Shown in pieces: positions 37,075 through 45,143 of a DNA stretch of 64,000 bases (the first letter of the stretch is position 1; every line of letters starts with the position of its first letter). Source of the stretch: Bacteroidetes bacterium UBA1941 (GTDB lineage: Bacteria; Bacteroidota; Bacteroidia; Chitinophagales; LD1); NCBI GenBank assembly GCA_002336805.1, contig DDEZ01000010.1, positions 74,895 to 138,894 of the forward strand, read 5' to 3'. The notes below the pieces were generated by a model that saw only the letters and a list, made by a program, of their open reading frames with translations, was not told the origin of the DNA and made no database searches. The translations under genes were made by a program, and so were the position numbers.

Positions 37075-38247
37075 ATGAGAAACTCTGCTGTGAAAAGTAA
37101 GCAAATAGCTGCACTTATCCTGGTATTTGCGCTCAGCCTGCCGGTGTTTTGCCAGGCCGGCACCTGGGTGGATACACTGGACACCTATGCCCGTGAGAAA
37201 TACCTGCCACCATCCCGCTATATGTGGACCTGGGTGGATGCAGCCCTGCTCAATACGATGGTAAAGCAATATGACCTGACCACTGACCCTGCCAAGAAGC
37301 AGATCTACCTGGCCTACGTGCAAAAGGCGATGAAAGTATCCAGTCCCGTGGCTAACGGACGTATGCCTAATGATGTAGCGTCTGCACTGGGCTTCGCATT
37401 CCTATATCGGGTCACGCGAGAGGAAAAGTACAAGCTAAAGGCAGAAAAGATCTACCGCCAGTACCTCAAGATCAAAAGGACAAAAGAAGGCGCTGTGTCG
37501 CACCTGCCTGTCAATATTGAACTGTGGGACGATACGGTATTTATGGTAGGGCAGTTTCTGCTGGCCATGTACCAGGCTACGGGTGAGCAGCAGTATTTGG
37601 ATGAGTTCATGAAGCAGCTGTGCCTGCACCGTGATAAGCTGCAGGATACGCAGACCGGCCTATGGGTACATGGCTGGGATAGTGACCATAAAGACCACTG
37701 CTTCGTATGCGGCCAGACCCACTGGCCGGACAAAACGACCCGCCGTAGCGCAGAGATATGGGGCAGGGGCAATGGCTGGATCGTAGTGACATTGGCCGAT
37801 GCACTGAACATAGTGGGCCATCAAAATCCAGTCTATCCCGAGCTATCCGGCTACCTGAAGGAGATGATCCAAAACCTACCGGCTTTGCAAGATTCCAAGA
37901 CTGGTCACTGGTACCAGCTGCCGGTGCGGAATACGGATAGCGCCAATTTTATCGAAAGCTCCTGTACTGCCATGTTTGCCTATGGTATAGAAGCAGCGCT
38001 AAAGCTGGATATAGTGAAAGGAGAGGAGTATAAAAGGAGTGTCGCACTAGCTTATAATGGACTGCGTACACATAGCCTCGTACCTGTGGCTGGGCAGTAT
38101 CTCATTACCCGCAATGTGTGTACTGCCACCTGTATAGGAGATAAGAATTACTATCTGCACAGAAAGGTGCAGAAAGGGAAACCGTATGGTATAGGTATGT
38201 TCATCCAGTTTGGGCTCAACTATGAGCTGGACCACCACCTGCGCTGA
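37075..38247 (+). CDS. glycoside hydrolase family 88/105 (unsaturated glucuronyl / rhamnogalacturonyl hydrolase-like)
   Basis: Signal peptide. WTWVDAALL, LWDDTVFM, GLWVHGWD, WGRGNGW and ESSCTAMFAYG match the (alpha/alpha)6 GH88/GH105 pattern. Confidence 0.78.
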   Translation: MRNSAVKSKQIAALILVFALSLPVFCQAGTWVDTLDTYAREKYLPPSRYMWTWVDAALLNTMVKQYDLTTDPAKKQIYLAYVQKAMKVSSPVANGRMPNDVASALGFAFLYRVTREEKYKLKAEKIYRQYLKIKRTKEGAVSHLPVNIELWDDTVFMVGQFLLAMYQATGEQQYLDEFMKQLCLHRDKLQDTQTGLWVHGWDSDHKDHCFVCGQTHWPDKTTRRSAEIWGRGNGWIVVTLADALNIVGHQNPVYPELSGYLKEMIQNLPALQDSKTGHWYQLPVRNTDSANFIESSCTAMFAYGIEAALKLDIVKGEEYKRSVALAYNGLRTHSLVPVAGQYLITRNVCTATCIGDKNYYLHRKVQKGKPYGIGMFIQFGLNYELDHHLR

Positions 38248-38248
38248 T

Positions 38249-38614
38249 CTATCGCGGCGGGGTCACTCCCGGTGTAGCAGGTGTAGTACCTATGCCAGCG
38301 GGCGATATCACACCTCCCGGCGCTGTGGATCCACCCATACCGGTTGCTCCACCTATGCCAGTATAACCTGAAGACCCTCCTATACCGCTATAGCCTGTGC
38401 TACCTGTCGCACCCGTATAACCGCCATACGGCTGAGGATTAGTCAGAGATGGCTGATATCCCGGACCTCCGGGATTGGTGAGGGTGGGATTGACATTCTG
38501 AGAGCCGGGTGCGCTGGGGGATCCGGGAGAGCTACCCGGAGTCTGAGCCGAAACTGTGAGAAAGATAGTAGCCAGCGCCAGTGTAGCAGATGCCTTTATG
38601 ATGTTGCTTTTCAT
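38249..38614 (-). CDS. small secreted Gly/Ser/Thr/Pro-rich protein with a Gly-X-Y run
   Basis: Clear signal peptide MKSNIIKASATLALATIFLTVSAQ. The low-complexity mature part includes 11 consecutive G-X-Y triplets. Coding status rests on the signal peptide and the open frame only. Confidence 0.45.
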   Translation of the reverse strand: MKSNIIKASATLALATIFLTVSAQTPGSSPGSPSAPGSQNVNPTLTNPGGPGYQPSLTNPQPYGGYTGATGSTGYSGIGGSSGYTGIGGATGMGGSTAPGGVISPAGIGTTPATPGVTPPR

Positions 38615-38869
38615 GATGCGATGTTTTAGGCTTACTGTAAGGCGATAATTGTACCAAGAAGGCCAAAGCTACGCTCAAATGCTCCGGGTGGGCAAGGCTT
38701 TCCGCCATGTGGGGTAATGTATTTTCTGCTTTTGCAAAACCAAATTTCGGTACTACAATTTTTATCCTCTTTTGCGATTCATATCGGTGCAGAAAATATT
38801 ATTGAAAAAGGCATACTAAAAGGACCACACTAGCGTACTTTAGAGTAATAAAATTTCCCCACCCAATTT

Positions 38870-41800
38870 ATGCGTACCGCATTCCGATTGGCAGCAGTTT
38901 CCTTTCTGTTTCTGCTCGCTGCCTGCAACCTGAAAAACAGAGTCAACCTAGTTTCCACCAATGCCAAAGATGAAGTGCCGGTCCTCGGCAATCTCGTCTT
39001 CACCTTTGACAAAAACCTCGTAGGCGATACTATGCTCAACGCATGGGATACCACGCAGTACATCCGCTTTGATCCGCCTATCTCCGGGCGGTTTCAGTGG
39101 ACGAGCTCATACGAGCTGACCTTCTCTCCGGATTACAGCCTCGATCCGGCCACAGACTACCACGCTGAGGTGACCAGCAAACTGACCTCACACTCGATCT
39201 ACTCAGTAGGCAAGATACCTGACATCAATTTCCATACACCCTATCAGCGGCTGGAGTCCGGCAATGCGCTCTGGACGACCATCGATGAAAGTTCGCACAC
39301 ACCTATAGGCCAGCTGGAGCTATTCTTTTTCTACAAAGTAGATCCGGCGCAGCTCAAGGATAAACTCTCTATAGAGGTGGATGGCGCCAAGGCTGACTTC
39401 AAGGTACTGACCACACAGGCCGATGAGCACATCCTGGTGAACCTGACCACGCTGAAGATAGAAGACAAGGACTACCAGATCAAAGCCACCATCGCACCGG
39501 GCATCACACCATACGGCGGCAAGACAGGCACCAAACAGCCGATAGAATACAAGACCACGCTGCAGTCGCCATACATCCTCACGGTAAATAACATCGAGGC
39601 AGAGCATGATGGCAATACCGGTACTGTACACCTCTATACCTCGCAGCAGATGCTGGAAGAAGGGCTGGACAAGGCGATCAGCTTTGACCCGGCGGTGTCA
39701 TTCAAGACGCAGGTGACGCAGGACGGCCTGATACTGACCTCAGACAAATTTGACGTGACCAAGGAGTACACGCTGACCATCAAGGCCGGTGTGAAAGGCC
39801 GGATAGGTGGTGTGCTAAAGGAGGAATACTCCCACTCTGTCGCCTTTGGCCAGCTGGAGCCGTCTATCAGGTTTACCAATCAGAAAGGCGTGTACCTGAC
39901 GCCTAAGGGCGCAAAGAACATAGAGGTGCAGATCATCAATGTGCCTCAGGTGCAGGTGAGCATCTCCAAGATATATGAGAATAACATCCTGGCCTCAGGC
40001 CGCTACAGCTACTATGATGATGACGGCGATAGCGGTGACGGCTACGTCTCTGCTGACGGTGAGCGCAACTATGGCGATAACCTGCAGGTAGGAGACAAGG
40101 TCTATGAGACCACCATCGAGACTAAGAATCTGCCTAAGAAGGGCAATAGCCGCCTGTTCAAATTTGACTTCCCTGATAAGCTGCGGGAGTACAAGGGGAT
40201 GTACAAGATCACTATCCGCTCTCAGGGGCAGTACTACCTGAATGAGAGCCGCTATGTATCGCTCTCAGATATCGGCCTGATAGCCAAAGATGGCAGGGAT
40301 AAGATGTTTGTCTTTACCAACTCTATCAAGACCGCGCAATCTATGGCTGGCGTAGCAGTATCTGTATACGGCGCTAATAACCAGGTGATGGGCACCGGCA
40401 CGACCAATAATGACGGTGTGGCTGAGATAGAGCTGAAGCACCGCGACTTCACAGGCTTTCGTCCGGCGCTGATCATAGCCAAGACACAGCAGGGAGACTT
40501 CAACTATATGCCCTTCAATACCACCCGAGTGGAGACCTCACGCTTCGAGGTAGGTGGCAAGAAGGCGAACAGTACGGGCCTTGACGCCTTTGTCTATAAT
40601 GAACGTGATATGTACCGCCCGGGTGAGACGATCCACTCCTCAGTGATCGTCCGTGACCAGCGGTGGCGGAGCCCCGGAGAGATACCGGTGCGACTGAAGT
40701 ACCTGCTGCCAAACGGCCAGGAGCTGAAGTCATATCGCAAGACGCTGAACGATGAGGGCAGCGTAGAGGTGGCGCTGGAGCTGTCTCCGGCCAGTATCAC
40801 AGGTAGCTACTCGCTGGAGGTCTACACCTCCAATGATGTGCTGCTGGCTACCAAGAATATCATGGTGGAGGAATTTATGCCGGACAGGATACGCGTGACC
40901 ACCAGCCTGGACAAGCCATACCTCAAGCCGGGCGATAAGACCAACCTGAGCATCAACGCCATGAACTTCTTCGGTCCGCCGGCGTCTAACCGCAACTATG
41001 AGGTAGAGATGCAGATCAGTGCCAAATATTTCTCACCAAAGAAGTACAGCAGCTATAGTTTCTCCCTGGCCAATCAGACCACGGAGTTCAATAAGATAGA
41101 GCGCACGGGTACTACAGATGAGAAAGGCAATGCGAGTGAGCAGTTTGAAGTGCCAAAGGAATACATCAATAACGGTGTGCTGGAGGGCGATATCTTTGCT
41201 ACGGTGTTTGACGAGTCGGGCAGGCCTGTGAGCAGGCGGTCATCGGTAGACATTTACACGCAGGATGTATTCTACGGTATGGACCGCGATGGCTACTACT
41301 ACTATCCGCTCAATCAGGTCATCAAATTTCCGCTGGTGGCGCTGAATAAGGATGAGAAACCCGTCAGCACGCAGGGCCACATCGTGGTCATCAAACATGA
41401 CTACAAGACCGTACTGAGCCGCAGCAGCGAGTATTTCCGCTATGAGTCTCAGAAGGAGGACCGCACCATCGTAGACCAGCTCATCAATATCAGCGGGGAG
41501 AATACCGTGTACTCCTTTGTGCCAAAGACACCGGGCGACTATGAGATCCGCCTGGCCAAGCCGGGTGCAGATGCCTACGTGATGTACAGTTTCTACAGCT
41601 ACGGCGGCTATGGGTATAATACGAATACATCCTTTGAGGTCAATACGGAGGGCAACATAGATATCAGCCTGGATAAGGAAAAATACAATGCGGGAGAAAC
41701 GGCCAAGGTGCTCTTCAAGGCGCCATTCAACGGTCGTATCCTCGTCACGCTGGAAAGCGACCATGTGATAGATCATTTCTATATCAATACGGACAAGCGC

Positions 41801-44269
41801 ACTGCTACTGCTACGCTGAACCTGAAAGCCGACTATGTGCCTAACGCGTACATTTCAGCTACACTGATCAAACCGCACGAGGAGACAGACCTGCCGCTGA
41901 CGGTGGCGCATGGCTACCTGCCCATCATAGTAGAGGAGAAGGCCAACAAGATCCCTGTGCAGATCATAGCGGAGAAATCTGTCCGCTCCCACACCCGCCA
42001 GAAGGTGACGGTGAAAGCCGCTCCCGGCTGCAAGATCACGCTGGCTGCGGTGGATGAAGGTATCCTCCAGATCACGGGCTACAAGACGCCTGATCCGTAT
42101 GGCTTCTTCTATCAGAAGCGTGCGCTGGATGTGAATTCATTTGACCTGTACCCACTGCTTTTCCCTGAGATAAATGGCTCTATCAGCAGCACCGGTGGTG
42201 ACGGCTCTGATATGTCTAAACGAGTGAACCCGATCAAGAACAAGCGCGTGAAACTGCTCAGCTATTGGAGCGGCATCACCCAGGCCAATGGAAGTGGCGA
42301 AGGGCGCTATGAGTTTGATATTCCGCAGTTCTCCGGAGAGGTGCGGCTCATGGCGGTGGCGTATAAGGACAAGTCCTTTGGCAGTGCCGATGCGCACATG
42401 ACGGTGGCTGACCCTATCGTGCTGGTCACCTCGCTGCCGCGCTTTATCAGTCCGCGAGATACGATAGATGTACCTGTCACTATTTCTAATACTACTACGA
42501 CTAGTACCAATGCATCTGTGACGGCCAAGGCCGAAGGGCCGATACAGTTCGTCGGCTCGGTGTCTCAGTCCGCTACTGTGAATGCGAAAGGGGAGGCGCG
42601 TGTGATGTTCCGCCTCGTGGCCAATGGTGCTCCTGACGAGGCCAAAGTAACGGTGACCGTCAATGGCGCCGGTGGCAAATATGAAGACGTGACCGATATC
42701 ACCGTACGTCCCGCAGCCTCGCTGCAAAAGGGCAATGGCAGCGGCGTGATAGATGGCGGCACGGCCAAGACCGTGGAGATAGGCGACCCGCGCTTTATCC
42801 CCGCTATGGCGGACTATAGTGTGGTGGTGAGCCGCTCGCCTATGGTGCAGTTTAGCGATCACCTCACGTACCTGGTGCAGTATCCGTATGGCTGTACGGA
42901 GCAGACGGTGTCGGCGGCTTTCCCGCAGCTGTACTTCCAGGATCTGAGCGGGCTGATGAGTCCTACTTTGGCCAAGACTGCCAACTACAACATCAATGAA
43001 GCGATCCGCAAGATCAAGATGCGCCAGCTCTACAATGGCGCGCTGACCCTCTGGGATGGCGAGGGCTCTGAGTGCTGGTGGGCCTCGGTATATGGTGCGC
43101 ACTTCCTCATAGAGGCTAAGAAGGCAGGCTATGATGTCTCTGACGACCTGCTGGACAAGCTGCTGGAGTACCTCAATGCACGCCTGCGCAATCACGACCT
43201 GATCACCTGGTACTACAACCGTGGCCTGAATAAAAAGATAGCGCCACATGAGGTAGGCTATAGCCTATATGTACTGGCCCTGGCGGGCAAGCAGGACCTG
43301 AGCACGATGAACTACTACAAGTCCAATCCGCAGCTGCTCACTACTGACTGCAAATACCTCCTCTCTGCGGCCTATGCGTTGGCGGGGGACAAGGGCAAAT
43401 ACAAGGAGATGCTGCCGTCTACATTCGTAGGTGAAGTATCTGATAAGGAGACTGGTGGCAGCTTTGCCTCTGCGGTGCGTGATGAGGCCATAGCGCTGAA
43501 TGTGCTGGCCGAGGTAGACCCGCAGAACCCGCAGATACCGATCATGTCACGGCACGTGTCAGAGTCTATCAAGCGGGAGTATTACCTGAGTACGCAGGAG
43601 CGCGTGTTCAGCTTCCTCGCCCTCGGCAAGGTGCTGCGTGCAAATGCCTCTGCGACGGTCACAGCCGATATCAAGGTGAATGGCAAGGTGGTTGGTTCTT
43701 TCACAGGGCAATCACTGAAACTCAGCAAGAAGAAACTAGGCGGCAGCAAGATAGAACTGGTGACCAAAGGCACGGGCAAGCTGTACTACTTCTACGAGAA
43801 TGAGGGCATTACGGCAGATGGCTCCTTCAAGCAGGAGGACAGTTATATCAAGGTGCGCAAGGAGTTTTATGACCGCTTCGGACATCAGCTCACGTCGCTC
43901 AATTTCAAACAGAATGACCTCGTGATCGTACGCCTGAATATAGAGAGCAGCTACAACCGGTCTATAGACAATGTGGTGATCACCGATATGCTACCGGCTG
44001 GTTTTGAGATAGAGAATCCGCGGCTGAAAGAAGTGCCGGGCATGGACTGGATCAAGGATGCGTCCACACCTACCGCCTCAGACTACCGCGACGACCGTGT
44101 CAATCTCTTCACAGACCTCTACACCGGCCGTCCGCAGCACTACTACTATGCCGTGCGCTGTGTCAGCCCGGGTGCCTTTATCATGGGGCCTGTGATGGCA
44201 GATGCCATGTATGCGGGTGAGTATCACTCCTACAATGGTGGGGGAGTGGTACGGATCACGCAGAAGTAG
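38870..44269 (+). CDS. bacterial alpha-2-macroglobulin family lipoprotein with thioester motif
   Basis: 1799 aa. Lipobox LFLLLAAC. Repeated MG-domain beta patterns. Thioester GCTEQ at codons 1341-1345 (nt 42890-42904) within QYPYGCTEQTVSAAFPQLY. The downstream alpha-helical TED part and C-terminal receptor-binding-like domain resemble YfhM/ECAM. Confidence 0.9.
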   Translation: MRTAFRLAAVSFLFLLAACNLKNRVNLVSTNAKDEVPVLGNLVFTFDKNLVGDTMLNAWDTTQYIRFDPPISGRFQWTSSYELTFSPDYSLDPATDYHAEVTSKLTSHSIYSVGKIPDINFHTPYQRLESGNALWTTIDESSHTPIGQLELFFFYKVDPAQLKDKLSIEVDGAKADFKVLTTQADEHILVNLTTLKIEDKDYQIKATIAPGITPYGGKTGTKQPIEYKTTLQSPYILTVNNIEAEHDGNTGTVHLYTSQQMLEEGLDKAISFDPAVSFKTQVTQDGLILTSDKFDVTKEYTLTIKAGVKGRIGGVLKEEYSHSVAFGQLEPSIRFTNQKGVYLTPKGAKNIEVQIINVPQVQVSISKIYENNILASGRYSYYDDDGDSGDGYVSADGERNYGDNLQVGDKVYETTIETKNLPKKGNSRLFKFDFPDKLREYKGMYKITIRSQGQYYLNESRYVSLSDIGLIAKDGRDKMFVFTNSIKTAQSMAGVAVSVYGANNQVMGTGTTNNDGVAEIELKHRDFTGFRPALIIAKTQQGDFNYMPFNTTRVETSRFEVGGKKANSTGLDAFVYNERDMYRPGETIHSSVIVRDQRWRSPGEIPVRLKYLLPNGQELKSYRKTLNDEGSVEVALELSPASITGSYSLEVYTSNDVLLATKNIMVEEFMPDRIRVTTSLDKPYLKPGDKTNLSINAMNFFGPPASNRNYEVEMQISAKYFSPKKYSSYSFSLANQTTEFNKIERTGTTDEKGNASEQFEVPKEYINNGVLEGDIFATVFDESGRPVSRRSSVDIYTQDVFYGMDRDGYYYYPLNQVIKFPLVALNKDEKPVSTQGHIVVIKHDYKTVLSRSSEYFRYESQKEDRTIVDQLINISGENTVYSFVPKTPGDYEIRLAKPGADAYVMYSFYSYGGYGYNTNTSFEVNTEGNIDISLDKEKYNAGETAKVLFKAPFNGRILVTLESDHVIDHFYINTDKRTATATLNLKADYVPNAYISATLIKPHEETDLPLTVAHGYLPIIVEEKANKIPVQIIAEKSVRSHTRQKVTVKAAPGCKITLAAVDEGILQITGYKTPDPYGFFYQKRALDVNSFDLYPLLFPEINGSISSTGGDGSDMSKRVNPIKNKRVKLLSYWSGITQANGSGEGRYEFDIPQFSGEVRLMAVAYKDKSFGSADAHMTVADPIVLVTSLPRFISPRDTIDVPVTISNTTTTSTNASVTAKAEGPIQFVGSVSQSATVNAKGEARVMFRLVANGAPDEAKVTVTVNGAGGKYEDVTDITVRPAASLQKGNGSGVIDGGTAKTVEIGDPRFIPAMADYSVVVSRSPMVQFSDHLTYLVQYPYGCTEQTVSAAFPQLYFQDLSGLMSPTLAKTANYNINEAIRKIKMRQLYNGALTLWDGEGSECWWASVYGAHFLIEAKKAGYDVSDDLLDKLLEYLNARLRNHDLITWYYNRGLNKKIAPHEVGYSLYVLALAGKQDLSTMNYYKSNPQLLTTDCKYLLSAAYALAGDKGKYKEMLPSTFVGEVSDKETGGSFASAVRDEAIALNVLAEVDPQNPQIPIMSRHVSESIKREYYLSTQERVFSFLALGKVLRANASATVTADIKVNGKVVGSFTGQSLKLSKKKLGGSKIELVTKGTGKLYYFYENEGITADGSFKQEDSYIKVRKEFYDRFGHQLTSLNFKQNDLVIVRLNIESSYNRSIDNVVITDMLPAGFEIENPRLKEVPGMDWIKDASTPTASDYRDDRVNLFTDLYTGRPQHYYYAVRCVSPGAFIMGPVMADAMYAGEYHSYNGGGVVRITQK

Positions 44270-44280
44270 GCTTACGAGGC

Positions 44281-44322
44281 CGTATCGCGACCCTGTTTCC
44301 TAGCAAACAGATACGCGATACG
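44281..44322. repeat. stem-loop H1 with conserved GTTT-CCTAGC-AAAC apex
   Basis: Outer stem cgtatcgcg (44281-89) / cgcgatacg (44314-22), inner stem ctgttt / aaacag, loop cctagc (44299-44304). Confidence 0.6.
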
Positions 44323-44335
44323 ATAAGCTGATACT

Positions 44336-44376
44336 GTTTCCAGTTTCCGTTTCCTATGCAAACGGAAACCGGAAAC
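44336..44376. repeat. stem-loop H2 with conserved GTTT-CCTATGC-AAAC apex
   Basis: gtttccagtttccgttt (44336-52) pairs with aaacggaaaccggaaac (44360-76): 17 bp with one A.C mismatch, loop cctatgc. Confidence 0.6.
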
Positions 44377-44446
44377 CATGGTCGTACACCGTGCTCGTTT
44401 CATAGTAAAAGTGGACGATGGACTTGCTGACCTTACCCGTGCCTTA

Positions 44447-44497
44447 CGTTGTTGTTCGTTGGTTTTTCCTAGCAAATACCAACGAACAACAACAACG
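44447..44497. repeat. stem-loop H3 with conserved TTTT-CCTAGC-AAAT apex
   Basis: cgttgttgttcgttggt (44447-63) pairs with accaacgaacaacaacaacg (44478-97), leaving one extra GTT unit as a bulge. The apex contains cctagc (44468-73). Confidence 0.6.
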
Positions 44498-44745
44498 GCT
44501 CTAACGATCTTCCTTTTGTGAATAACTACTCGCTTATTTATATGGTTAAATTGGCTAAAAATGCTATATTTGCATATTATTGAAAGCGAACTGATATACT
44601 TATATATAGGTGTATATGGGTAGGTATTTTACTGAAAAGAGTAAAAGCTTTTGAGATTTGCACGAAGTGCTATGCAAAGTCTGTATCAAGCCTGACGGCT
44701 TATTGATATGGACTTTTTTTATTTGATAAAGCCTTGACTCGGCTT

Positions 44746-44799
44746 GTACCCGTTTCCAGTTGTCCCAGCTTCACGGCGTGGGAAACAGGAAACGGGTAC
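44746..44799. repeat. stem-loop H4 sharing the CGTTTCCAG arm word with H2
   Basis: gtacccgtttcc (44746-57) / ggaaacgggtac (44788-99) is a perfect 12 bp. The inner stem tccca / tggga is imperfect. Confidence 0.5.
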
Positions 44800-44865
44800 G
44801 TCGCTCTCGTCAGGCTGGTGTGTCAGTGAGAAATTTCTTTTGACTAAACGCTTGCAAACAAGAGC

Positions 44866-45054
44866 GCGTCATTCCGAAGTTTTTCCAATCAATAAAAAAT
44901 AGACGTGATAAAACTGACCTGTCCCGCACCTCTGGTCGGGAAGGAATCCCCGAATACACAAATGACGGTGAGCGCATCACTGGCCCTGTTGAGGTTTGGG
45001 ATTCCTTCGAAAATAACGCTCCTATTTCTTACGGGAATTTTCTCGGAATGACGC
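44866..45054. repeat. nested long-range inverted repeat (MITE-like element or structured RNA), about 190 bp
   Basis: The outer arms gcgtcattccgaag (44866-79) and ctcggaatgacgc (45042-54) pair over 11-12 bp. The inner arms aaggaatccc (44941-50) and gggattcctt (44998-45007) are a perfect 10 bp. Confidence 0.45.
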
Positions 45055-45143
45055 CCTTTGATTTGTGCCATATACTTGGAGAAAGGGAATAACTCTCTAT
45101 CTGACTCCTTGTGAAATCGGTAAAATCCGTAAATCAATAAATA

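Noticed and set aside
37057-37323. 89-codon N-terminal extension of the FGE-family ORF. The same issue applies to the extensions at 46588..46692 (mdh), 20797..20841 (TolC), 23060..23098 (ABC-HlyD), 53837..53857 (OSC), 31838..31876 (PLC-like), 35677..35700 (lipoprotein) and 3074..3103 (mazG).
   Set aside because: The track reports the longest ORF and allows GTG/TTG starts. In each case an internal ATG gives a canonical N-terminus (signal peptide, Rossmann fold or family-typical start), and the extension is not protein-like or overlaps the neighbouring gene or promoter.
42137-43249. 370-aa minus-strand ORF, plus several 65-180-aa ORFs on the minus strand between 39320 and 43779
   Set aside because: All are antisense to the 1799-aa alpha-2-macroglobulin gene, whose frame carries the lipobox, MG-domain patterns and thioester motif. 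The antisense translations are Arg/His/Ala-rich nonsense.
44272-44475. 67-aa Arg/Lys-rich minus-strand ORF across the hairpin tract
   Set aside because: The ORF is generated by the palindromic repeats themselves. It has highly basic low-complexity sequence and no start context. I interpret it as non-coding structured DNA/RNA.
44281-44799. Possible CRISPR array or terminator cluster
   Set aside because: The repeat units are hairpins of different sequence and length with irregular spacing (55, 116 and about 300 nt between centres), and no cas genes are present. None is followed by a U-tract, so they are not classical intrinsic terminators.
44930-45010. Resemblance of ggtcgggaaggaa to the SRP (4.5S) RNA domain IV core
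   Set aside because: Only a GGAAGGAA-like word matches. The flanking conserved SRP nucleotides (GCAGCC... and the symmetric loop partner) are absent on either strand.
44889-45137. 82-aa minus-strand ORF downstream of the retropepsin gene
   Set aside because: It spans the nested inverted repeat and its translation has no domain features. It is more parsimoniously a by-product of the repeat element.
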